Assembly: GCA_026391215.1 (NCBI GenBank) | Contig: JAPLDX010000122.1 | Coordinates: forward strand, 1-21,750 | DNA from: Bacteroidia bacterium | GTDB taxonomy: Bacteria > Bacteroidota > Bacteroidia > Bacteroidales > VadinHA17 | Length of the DNA: 21,750 bases | Direction: 5' to 3' | Shown: positions 1-7,613 of the stretch, in pieces | Layout of the letters: every line of letters begins with the position of its first letter | Position numbering within the stretch: the first letter of the stretch is position 1 | The notes under the pieces: model-generated | What the model saw: only the letters and a program-made list of their open reading frames with translations | Told to the model about the DNA's origin: nothing | Databases searched by the model: none | Translations under genes and position numbers: made by a program

Positions 1-27
1 TGTTATTATGGATATGGCAATTTCCAT
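1..27 (-). CDS. 5' end of the next gene of the hydrogenase operon (partial; MEIAISIIT...), probably another membrane subunit
   Basis: ATG at 27-25, 14 nt after the stop of the antiporter gene, with an A/T-rich leader. The hydrophobic start runs off the window edge. Confidence 0.45.
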
Positions 28-41
28 TTATATTAAGGTAT

Positions 42-1940
42 TTATATCATAATCAGCAACATAATAATCAATCCGGCACAGGCCCAGATAATATAGTCCG
101 GCAGTACACCTGAGTGAGCTTCACTGAACAGGTGACTCAGCCAGAGCACGAACTTCTTTGACAGGTCATAAATATCAAACCATTTCTCTTCAGCTTTCTT
201 ATAGATCCATGAAAAGAATTTGAATTCTACGATAGTCTTATAAAATTCAGGTGTAGCAAAACTTGCCTGATCCTGAATTGTTTCCCCTCCTATGAAGCTG
301 TCCTCTCTTCTGAATTTTTTAAGGTTTAAAGCAAGGTATAGGATTATTCCAAGAACTAATGAGATTAATACCAGCAACGAAACAACTGATGAATTCCAGA
401 ATCCTATAAATTGGAATTCACCTGTTACTGGCATGAACAGTTTTGGTACTATTACGTTTGTGGCAAATACACCAAAGCCTATACAGAACAAAGCCAGTAT
501 TACTAAAGGTAGCCACATAAGAAATGGCACCTCGCGCACATTCTCAAGAGATGGCCGGCGACGGCTGAGGAATATACCTCCGATGAGTTTAATAAAGCTT
601 GCAAGGGTAAGAGCTGATCCAAGAACAGCCAATCCAAGCCATATTACCCAGAGTTTATTTGCAATACCAGCTCCGGAACCGAAGTCAATTATTCCCTGGT
701 AGATCATCCATTTTGAAGCAAAACCATTAAGTGGCGGTACTCCTGAGATCGACATGGCAAAGATGAGAGCGGCAACAAATGTTATAGGCATCGCTTTTGA
801 AAGTCCTCCAAGCTCATCAATATTTTCTTCTCCGGTACGGTACTCGACGCAGCCCGCCGAAAGCAGAAGTCCACTTTTGTAGAGGGCCTGGTTGATCATA
901 TGGAAGAGACCGGCAGCAATCCCGATCATCGAACCAAGCCCGAAGCCAAGGATCATATAACCCACCTGTGAAACTGCATGAAATCCCAGAAGCCGCTTGT
1001 AATTATGCTGTACCAGGGCCATCATAACTGCAGTGATTATTGTGATCACTCCAATTGTGAGCAACAACAATCTCATCCAATCACCAAGTATGAAGATATC
1101 AGTGGTCATCCTTGCCAGGAAATATATTCCCAGCAGCTTATCCAGAGAAGCAGGAAGCAGTGCAGATGAAGAGGCGGGAGCATCTTTGGCATAATCCGGA
1201 ACCCATGAATGGAAAGGAAAGGCTCCTGCTTTTGCAAAGCTCCCGACCAGAAGTGCAAGGAAAGCTGTTATTGAAAGAATGTTGGTAGTTGGCAGATTGA
1301 TAGAGTCGATGCTTAATGATCCGGTCAGCCTCCAGAGTAAGCCGATTCCAAGTATCATTATTGAATCTGATGCCCCGATCAGAATGAGGGTTTTCTTTGC
1401 AGTTGCTGAGCTCTCCTCATCGCGTCCCGGGATGAGCTTATAAAGAGTGATCCCCAGGATACCCCAGAAGGTGAGGAACAACAGCAGGTTGTCAGATAAT
1501 ACTGCACCATAGGAGCAGCCAATAGTGATCAGGAACCATGTGTAGTAATGCTTTACCCGTCCGGTTTTGATATATACTAATGAATATAATAAAATCAAAA
1601 CAGCGAAAATGCTGATAAACAGTACTATCAGTTTGCTGAGATTATCAATTGTAAATGTAAAGTACCTGTCCAGTTCCTGAAATAAATTCGAACCAAAAAG
1701 CAGAATACATGATTTACCGATGATCCCGTCCAGTACGGCCATCTGAACGGACGAACTGAACAATGAAACAGTAAAATAGCCGGTAACAAGACTTATTATC
1801 ACCGCAAAGATGCCTTTTGCTGTTAAAAACCTGTCAGGAATAAGTAACAGGAGAAGCCCTGCCGCAATGGGTAACAATATAAGGAATTGCAGGTAGCTGC
1901 AAACAGATGGCTGTGATATTATGGAGATAAACTCATTCAT
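42..1940 (-). CDS. Ion-translocating antiporter-like membrane subunit (NuoL/MrpA-MrpD/HyfB family) of the group 4 hydrogenase
   Basis: 632 aa, many TM helices, family motifs KAGAFPFHSWVPD, KRLLGFHAVSQVGY, HMINQALYKSGL and GVPPLNGFASKW. ATGA overlap with the large-subunit gene. Confidence 0.92.
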   Translation of the reverse strand: MNEFISIISQPSVCSYLQFLILLPIAAGLLLLLIPDRFLTAKGIFAVIISLVTGYFTVSLFSSSVQMAVLDGIIGKSCILLFGSNLFQELDRYFTFTIDNLSKLIVLFISIFAVLILLYSLVYIKTGRVKHYYTWFLITIGCSYGAVLSDNLLLFLTFWGILGITLYKLIPGRDEESSATAKKTLILIGASDSIMILGIGLLWRLTGSLSIDSINLPTTNILSITAFLALLVGSFAKAGAFPFHSWVPDYAKDAPASSSALLPASLDKLLGIYFLARMTTDIFILGDWMRLLLLTIGVITIITAVMMALVQHNYKRLLGFHAVSQVGYMILGFGLGSMIGIAAGLFHMINQALYKSGLLLSAGCVEYRTGEENIDELGGLSKAMPITFVAALIFAMSISGVPPLNGFASKWMIYQGIIDFGSGAGIANKLWVIWLGLAVLGSALTLASFIKLIGGIFLSRRRPSLENVREVPFLMWLPLVILALFCIGFGVFATNVIVPKLFMPVTGEFQFIGFWNSSVVSLLVLISLVLGIILYLALNLKKFRREDSFIGGETIQDQASFATPEFYKTIVEFKFFSWIYKKAEEKWFDIYDLSKKFVLWLSHLFSEAHSGVLPDYIIWACAGLIIMLLIMI

Positions 1941-3142
1941 TTCAATTGGATAAGGTTTTTCTTCAGTTCAGAGGTTTTACCCGTTGATAAATCAATGAGA
2001 TCTTTTGCGTTCCAGATCTTCCTGCCTGATTTCTGATCATAAGCAACAGCAAGACGTTCAGTACAGCAATAACATGGATCAACAGCAGCCAGCGAAATTG
2101 TTGCATCTGCAATTGTCTGTCCGATACAAGATTTCTTGAATGTGGCAATGTTGACATAACTCGGTGCCCTGATCTTATGCCTTGCAGGCGAGTTGGAGCC
2201 ATCAGACACCACGTAATGAAATACTTCTCCCCTGGGAGCCTCAGCACGTCCGGCGCCGCTGCCCTCAGGTATCTCTTTAACGACTACATTTATATCACCT
2301 TCTTTTGTTTTTTCCAGGCCGCTGAGGCATTGTTCAATAATTGAGATTGATTCGTACATTTCCAGGAGCCTGACCTGCGCCTTGGCAAAGACGTCGCCTT
2401 CCTCTGCTGTGATCACTTTCCAGTTCACAAGCGGATAAGCGGCATAAGGATCATCCTTCCTGATGTCAATTGCTACTCCTGAAGCCCTTGCAGTCGGACC
2501 AACAGCAGCATAATCTATAACATCCTGCTTTGTAAGGATGCCCACACCTTTAGTCCTGGCATGAATGACAGGATCATCCATGACTGCGCCTGTTAACAGA
2601 TCAGTTTTTTTCTTAACATCAGCCAGTATCTTCCTGATTACAGGTATCTTATTATTCTCAATGTCCCGGCGAACTCCTCCAACCCTGAACATCGCGTAGC
2701 TATTCCTGTTGCCTGTGATCATTTCGAAAAGATCAAGAACTGGTTCCCTGTACTTCCATGCCCACATGAATACAGTGTTGTATCCCAGGAAATGACCGGC
2801 AAGACCGACCCACAGGAGGTGACTGTGAATACGTTCAAGTTCGCCAATGAATGATCTGATATATTTTGCCCTGTCAGTAATTTCAACTCCTGCAATCTCT
2901 TCTACTGCATTCGCGAAAGCAAAAGGATGAGATGTCGAGCATATGCCGCATATCCGTTCAACCAGAAAGAAAACCTGATCGTAAGTCTTTGATTCACTAA
3001 GCTTTTCAATACTCCTGTGATTATAACCTGTTTCCCACTTTATATCCTTTACGATCTCACCGTCGCAGAAAAGCTTAAATAGTTCGGGCTCCTCCTGCAG
3101 GGGATGATAGGGACCAATCGGTATGAGTGTTTTCTTGCCCAT
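1937..3142 (-). CDS. Group 4 [NiFe]-hydrogenase large (catalytic) subunit (HycE/MbhL/EchE family)
   Basis: 401 aa. NuoD-like N-terminus GPYHP...GYNHRSIEKL, L1 motif ERICGICSTSH, EAPRGE, L2 motif DPCYCCTER (all four Ni-Fe Cys present), followed by a 38-aa C-terminal extension. Confidence 0.95.
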   Translation of the reverse strand: MGKKTLIPIGPYHPLQEEPELFKLFCDGEIVKDIKWETGYNHRSIEKLSESKTYDQVFFLVERICGICSTSHPFAFANAVEEIAGVEITDRAKYIRSFIGELERIHSHLLWVGLAGHFLGYNTVFMWAWKYREPVLDLFEMITGNRNSYAMFRVGGVRRDIENNKIPVIRKILADVKKKTDLLTGAVMDDPVIHARTKGVGILTKQDVIDYAAVGPTARASGVAIDIRKDDPYAAYPLVNWKVITAEEGDVFAKAQVRLLEMYESISIIEQCLSGLEKTKEGDINVVVKEIPEGSGAGRAEAPRGEVFHYVVSDGSNSPARHKIRAPSYVNIATFKKSCIGQTIADATISLAAVDPCYCCTERLAVAYDQKSGRKIWNAKDLIDLSTGKTSELKKNLIQLK

Positions 3143-3156
3143 CTTCTTTCAGGTTC

Positions 3157-3594
3157 TTATTTAAACTCTTTCCTGTAAGGATAAACTCCTTCTGCCCAGT
3201 TGCCGTCAGATATCAGTTTCTCCTGGTTCGGGTGATTTAGAAAATTAATGCCGAATAACTCATGCATTTCCCTTTCAATCCAGTTGGATGCATTGAACAT
3301 ATTCGAAAGCGATTCAATCTCCGGATTTTCCTTATCGAGTATCACATGTATATTCAGAACCAGCCCGATTGCATCCAGACTGAAATGATAATGTATCTCA
3401 AATCCTTTTTTTGTATGCAGGGCTGAGGCAATGATGAATCTGAATCCGGCTGTTTTATATAAATACTCTGCAACTTTAAGAATAGCATCCGGATTTATCG
3501 TGATAATAGCGCGCTTCTCACTCTTTTTTTCGGTGCTGATAATATCAGAACCAAAGTTCTCTTTCAATTTCTCTATCGCCAGATCCGTATTCAT
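3157..3594 (-). CDS. NuoC-like subunit of the group 4 hydrogenase (MbhK/EchD family)
   Basis: 145 aa, NuoC signature ASNWIEREMHELFGINFLNHP. Lies between the small and large subunit genes. Confidence 0.88.
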   Translation of the reverse strand: MNTDLAIEKLKENFGSDIISTEKKSEKRAIITINPDAILKVAEYLYKTAGFRFIIASALHTKKGFEIHYHFSLDAIGLVLNIHVILDKENPEIESLSNMFNASNWIEREMHELFGINFLNHPNQEKLISDGNWAEGVYPYRKEFK

Positions 3595-3663
3595 TTAACT
3601 TTAAACTTTAAACATTAAACTTTAAACTCTTCTTCCTTGTGCCCTGCGCCTAGCGCCTAGTGC
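3595..3663. repeat. Two adjacent heptamer tandem arrays filling the intergenic gap
   Basis: TTTAAAC-type x4 at 3600-3627 (tttaaac, tttaaac, attaaac, tttaaac) and CTAGCGC-type x4 at 3636-3663 (cttgtgc, cctgcgc, ctagcgc, ctagtgc). Confidence 0.8.
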
Positions 3664-4077
3664 CTATTTTTTATTTACCAGTTTCACTATTCCTCCGATT
3701 ATTGCTTCAGGTTTTGGCGGACACCCGGGGATATATGCATCTACCGGGATTATCTTGTCCACGGGCCCGGCAAAGGTTATGCTGTCTGCAAATAATCCTC
3801 CTGTGCATCCGCAGGCGCCGATCGCAACAACCAGTATCGGCCTGGGAGCCTGGTTATAGATCTCCAGAAGCCGGTTCTTGTCCTTCATGTTAATGGATCC
3901 GTTAACCAGCAGTACATCTGCATGACGTATACTGCCGACCAGGAGAATACCGAACCGTTCAAGGTCATGCTTTGGTGTCAGACAGTCCAGTATCTCTATG
4001 TCACAGTTATTGCAGGATGCTCCGCCGAAGTGGAAAACCCAGAGAGACTTTTTGAAGCAAAAATTCTTAAAACCCAC
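3664..4077 (-). CDS. Group 4 [NiFe]-hydrogenase small subunit (NuoB/HycG/MbhJ/EchC family)
   Basis: 137 aa, GTG start. SCNNCDIE, RHADVLLVNG, GACGCTGG and YIPGCPPKPEAI motifs ligate one [4Fe-4S] cluster. Confidence 0.93.
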   Translation of the reverse strand: MGFKNFCFKKSLWVFHFGGASCNNCDIEILDCLTPKHDLERFGILLVGSIRHADVLLVNGSINMKDKNRLLEIYNQAPRPILVVAIGACGCTGGLFADSITFAGPVDKIIPVDAYIPGCPPKPEAIIGGIVKLVNKK

Positions 4078-4089
4078 AATTACAAATAT

Positions 4090-5022
4090 TTAGTAACCAA
4101 ATGCAATCAATACCAGAGCAAAAACTGCAAGCAGGTTCATCCAGATCACGAAGAAACTCATAGCCTGCTTGATCTTAATCCTGGGATTTGTGTTCCTTAT
4201 TAATGTAATAAGCAGAACAACCAGCAAAACTTTGAGCACTGCCCAAAGAATATTTATCCCATTCAGCCTGAAACCGTTCATTAATAAGGCAATCAGGAAA
4301 GCAGGGAGGATGAAGAGCATTATATATTTTGTAAGCTTGATAAGTCCGTATGCAGGCCCTGAATACTCAATAAAGATCCCTTCGGTTATTTCGGCCTCAG
4401 CTTCAGGCATATCGAATGGAACCATGGCCAGCTTTGCCTGGATACAGAATATCCCGACAATAAATAGCAGGACTCCCGAGATGCTTCCTATGAAAGGAGT
4501 GCCGGACTGCTGAGTTTGAATAATAGTGTATAGATCAAAATGCTGTCCGCATTTCATTATTATCCCTGCTATGACCAGGAGAAAAGTGAATTCATAACTG
4601 AGGATAAGCTTCATTTCTCTTGAACCTCCAACGGCAGCAAGCGGATTACCTGAAGCGAGAGCTCCCATTATATATGAAAAGGAAGGTATCGTAAGAAGGT
4701 AGAAGATTACCAGAAGATCGCCTTTAAAACCTGTTGTTATATTAAATAGTGGCAACAGAATAAATACTCCTGCCATTACTGCGCCAAACACTGCAAAAAC
4801 CGGAGCCATAAGGAACATCATCGGGGATCCCTGCTTTGGGAGGATTGTTTCCTTGACAAGCAGTAATTTAAAGAAATCATAGAAAGGCTGCAGGAGAGGA
4901 GGTCCCTTACGGAATTGCACCCTTGCAGAGATCTTCCTGTCGAACCATGACAGGAAAGCGCCTGTAACTGCAACGAAGAGCAGACCCGGGAAAACAAAGA
5001 AATAAAACAGATTGACTGCCAT
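4090..5022 (-). CDS. NuoH/HycD/MbhM-like membrane anchor subunit
   Basis: 310 aa, hydrophobic, motifs DRKISARVQFRKGPPLLQPFYDFFKLL and PFDMPEAEAEITEGIFIEYSG. Confidence 0.93.
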   Translation of the reverse strand: MAVNLFYFFVFPGLLFVAVTGAFLSWFDRKISARVQFRKGPPLLQPFYDFFKLLLVKETILPKQGSPMMFLMAPVFAVFGAVMAGVFILLPLFNITTGFKGDLLVIFYLLTIPSFSYIMGALASGNPLAAVGGSREMKLILSYEFTFLLVIAGIIMKCGQHFDLYTIIQTQQSGTPFIGSISGVLLFIVGIFCIQAKLAMVPFDMPEAEAEITEGIFIEYSGPAYGLIKLTKYIMLFILPAFLIALLMNGFRLNGINILWAVLKVLLVVLLITLIRNTNPRIKIKQAMSFFVIWMNLLAVFALVLIAFGY

Positions 5023-5023
5023 A

Positions 5024-5521
5024 TTACTTATTCTCAGTGATATACAAATATTCTTTCACAAGGACCTTATCATTCAGTCTGTAAATATTCTTTTCCGGCG
5101 ATTCATCCTCATCAGTAAGAGACACTGTTCCGGTGGGAGAGGCTTTAATGAATTTTTCCAGCTCCTTCTCGTCATTCAGATCATAAAAAAGATCTCTGTT
5201 CCTGTGATGAATGAAGAAATCGGTCATCATGGTACCGAAAGGGCAAATTGTTACACACGACTTGCAAGACACACAAAGATTGGTGTGGCGCATTATGATT
5301 CCATCTTTATCTTTTTCAAGGGCATCAGCGGGACAGACACCTATGCAGGGAGCATCTTCACATCTCCTGCAGGTAAACCTGAATGTCGCCAGCTCGCGAA
5401 TGGTTTTAAGCCCGTTTGAATTAAAAGATGTATAATATAATGCTTCGGGGAGCTCCTGTGATGAGTTTTCAACCATGGCAGCCCTCAGCTTTATCATATC
5501 TATCAGGATCTTTTTTGCCAT
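5024..5521 (-). CDS. HycB/DmsB/CooF-type Fe-S electron-transfer protein retaining two [4Fe-4S] motifs
   Basis: 165 aa with CRRCEDAPCIGVCP and CVSCKSCVTICP. The outer two cluster motifs of the family lack Cys. Confidence 0.82.
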   Translation of the reverse strand: MAKKILIDMIKLRAAMVENSSQELPEALYYTSFNSNGLKTIRELATFRFTCRRCEDAPCIGVCPADALEKDKDGIIMRHTNLCVSCKSCVTICPFGTMMTDFFIHHRNRDLFYDLNDEKELEKFIKASPTGTVSLTDEDESPEKNIYRLNDKVLVKEYLYITENK

Positions 5522-5522
5522 A

Positions 5523-6347
5523 TCAGTCCCAGATATTTGGTTGATCCTTTATTTCATCATAAGTGAATACAGGTCCATCCTTGCAGACGAAGTATTTTCC
5601 CATCATGCAGTGTCCGCACTTTCCCAATCCGCATGACATATTTTTCTCCATCGAAAGATAAACATCATGTTCAGGATAGCCCATTTCAAGAAGCTTCCTT
5701 GTTCCGAATTTCATCATAATTGGAGGTCCGCAAACAACTGCAATTGAATTCTTTATATCAACCTTCACATCATCCAGGAGGATAGTGACCACTCCGACCC
5801 TTTCATTCCAGTTGCCTGAAGCTTTATCGACACTTCTCAGCACTTCAAATTTTGGAGTCTTTCTTAACACTGAAATATAAGGTTTGTAAATGCAATCTTC
5901 AGGTGTTTTTGAACCATAGCAGAGTGTTACTTTTCTTAATTTATCAGAAACAGCTATAAGGTTGTAGAGAAGCGATCTGATCGGTGCAAATCCACAGCCT
6001 CCGCCAAGTATAAGCACCTCTTTATCATAGAATTTCTCAACGGGATAGCCTCGTCCGTAGGGACCTCTTATTCCCATATAAGCTCCCGGCTTGAGATTAT
6101 GCATATACTCGGTCATATACCCGGTTTTCATAACGGTGACCTCGAGCTTATCTGTTACCTGCGGTGAGGAAGAAGGAGTAAAGGGCGCTTCTCCGATACC
6201 ATCAACGGATAATTCAATAAACTGACCGGTTCTGAATGCAAACTCTTCTTCAGGAACGAGGACAAATGTTTTTATGAGGGGTGATTCTTCAATCACGTCT
6301 GTCAGCTTTGCCCTCAGAGGCTTATATATATTTTTGTCATTCCTCAT
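5523..6347 (-). CDS. FAD/NAD(P)-binding [2Fe-2S] oxidoreductase (AsrB / sulfhydrogenase gamma / FlxA / PyrK family)
   Basis: 274 aa, motifs GQFIEL...GEAPFTPSS, IRGPYGRGYP, GGGCGFAPIRS, VCGPPIMM and C-terminal MSCGLGKCGHC...VCKDGPVF. Confidence 0.92.
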   Translation of the reverse strand: MRNDKNIYKPLRAKLTDVIEESPLIKTFVLVPEEEFAFRTGQFIELSVDGIGEAPFTPSSSPQVTDKLEVTVMKTGYMTEYMHNLKPGAYMGIRGPYGRGYPVEKFYDKEVLILGGGCGFAPIRSLLYNLIAVSDKLRKVTLCYGSKTPEDCIYKPYISVLRKTPKFEVLRSVDKASGNWNERVGVVTILLDDVKVDIKNSIAVVCGPPIMMKFGTRKLLEMGYPEHDVYLSMEKNMSCGLGKCGHCMMGKYFVCKDGPVFTYDEIKDQPNIWD

Positions 6348-6355
6348 ATTCTCTG

Positions 6356-7363
6356 TTAAGCGAGTTCCCTGAAAAGTTCATTTTTATTTATCTTGCCTAT
6401 ACAGGCTTCAATGCATCTTCCGCAACCTGTACATGCAACAGAATTGAATTTCTCCGGTTTCCAGACATATTTACACATATACCTGTTCCTGAAGCGGTTA
6501 TGAAGCCTGAACAGGGCGTCTTCTCCGCCTGCAACCCTCTCAAATCCTGGATACTGGCAGGCATCCAGCTGTTTTACCTTTTCAAATCCGGGTTTATCTA
6601 TGAGCAAAAAGCAGGTGCATGTAGGGCATATTGTTGCACACGCTCCGCATGAAACACAATGAGAAGAATATTTTTCCCAGGTTTCCTTTTTTGCTTCAGC
6701 AACGATTTTGCCTGTAGCTTTATAATCCGGCAATCCTTTGTTCGCTTCAGTGAGAAGGGATTCCGTTTCTTTCTGCTTCTTTTCTATATCCGATAAAGTA
6801 TTTTTGTCATCAAATGATATTGCTTCAGGGATTGTTTTAAGGAAATTCTCCCCTTTAACTGAAATTACCCTGAATATTATCAATCCGTTCAGACTGATTA
6901 CAGCAAGATCAGCTTTACCTGCCGAATATGGCTTTATGCCATATGAGAGGCAATGACAATGTTCCTGGGTGCCAAAACAATCGGCCGAAATCAGCAGAGT
7001 ATCTTCGCGGCGCTTTCTGTAGAAGGGATCATTGAAATCTTTATCAAGGTAGATTTCGTCCAGCAGCGATAATCCTTCAATATCGCAATTTGGAGCTCCG
7101 ATAATAATCCATGATTTCCCGGTCCTTCTGTCCGATGTGACATTTTCCTTTACGGGAAGGAAGAAGCTCTTAAGAGAAGTAACCGGCTTGGGCTTATTGT
7201 AAACGATCTGTGAAATGTTGGTCGGATGGACCATTTCATAGTCCTGTCCGAATTCATTGCAGATACTTGCATAAACTGCATGGGATGATATCAGATTTTC
7301 CAATACCTTATCCCACTCTTCCTTTTTGATGCTTTTATACTGCATTAATGTGAGAAGATTCAC
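6356..7363 (-). CDS. AsrA / sulfhydrogenase beta / FlxB-D family Fe-S protein (ATG at 7345 is an equally likely start)
   Basis: GAPNCDIEGL...LD...DPFY..RRE, C-x5-CHC, CVSCGACATICPTCTC and CTGCGRCIEAC. Directly upstream of the AsrB-like gene. Confidence 0.9.
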   Translation of the reverse strand: MNLLTLMQYKSIKKEEWDKVLENLISSHAVYASICNEFGQDYEMVHPTNISQIVYNKPKPVTSLKSFFLPVKENVTSDRRTGKSWIIIGAPNCDIEGLSLLDEIYLDKDFNDPFYRKRREDTLLISADCFGTQEHCHCLSYGIKPYSAGKADLAVISLNGLIIFRVISVKGENFLKTIPEAISFDDKNTLSDIEKKQKETESLLTEANKGLPDYKATGKIVAEAKKETWEKYSSHCVSCGACATICPTCTCFLLIDKPGFEKVKQLDACQYPGFERVAGGEDALFRLHNRFRNRYMCKYVWKPEKFNSVACTGCGRCIEACIGKINKNELFRELA

Positions 7364-7610
7364 ATATAAAATTAAAATCTACAGTTATAAATCTATAAAA
7401 ATCTATCTGATTTTATTATGATAAAAATCAACATATTTTTAAATATCAATGGATCAGCTAATTAAAAGTATATTTAATTTAAAAATGGAATATATATAAT
7501 GCAAAATCAAAAAAATAATATGATTTTATATGAAAGAAATCACAATATATAATACAAAAATCAGCTATGTTCACATGCTGTTTATGATTGACGGACTTTA
7601 AAAACCTCGA
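7364..7610. promoter_or_regulatory. Divergent AT-rich promoter region with two Crp/Fnr-like TGA-N6-TCA boxes
   Basis: atgataaaaatcaa (7418-7431) and atgaaagaaatcac (7530-7543), each preceded by tgatttta. Lies between the hydrogenase operon and the hyp operon. Confidence 0.5.
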
Positions 7611-7613
7611 GTT

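Noticed and set aside
1937-3142. Selenocysteine ([NiFeSe]) recoding
   Set aside because: All motif cysteines are TGT/TGC and there is no internal in-frame TGA.
42-5022. Respiratory complex I (nuo), or a Ni-free Ehr/Mbx complex
   Set aside because: The NuoD-like subunit keeps both CxxC Ni-binding motifs and a full hyp operon is adjacent.
5523-7363. Anaerobic sulfite reductase (asrABC) or pyrK/pyrD
   Set aside because: No AsrC siroheme subunit or pyrD is in the window, and the genes are tightly coupled to hydrogenase subunits.
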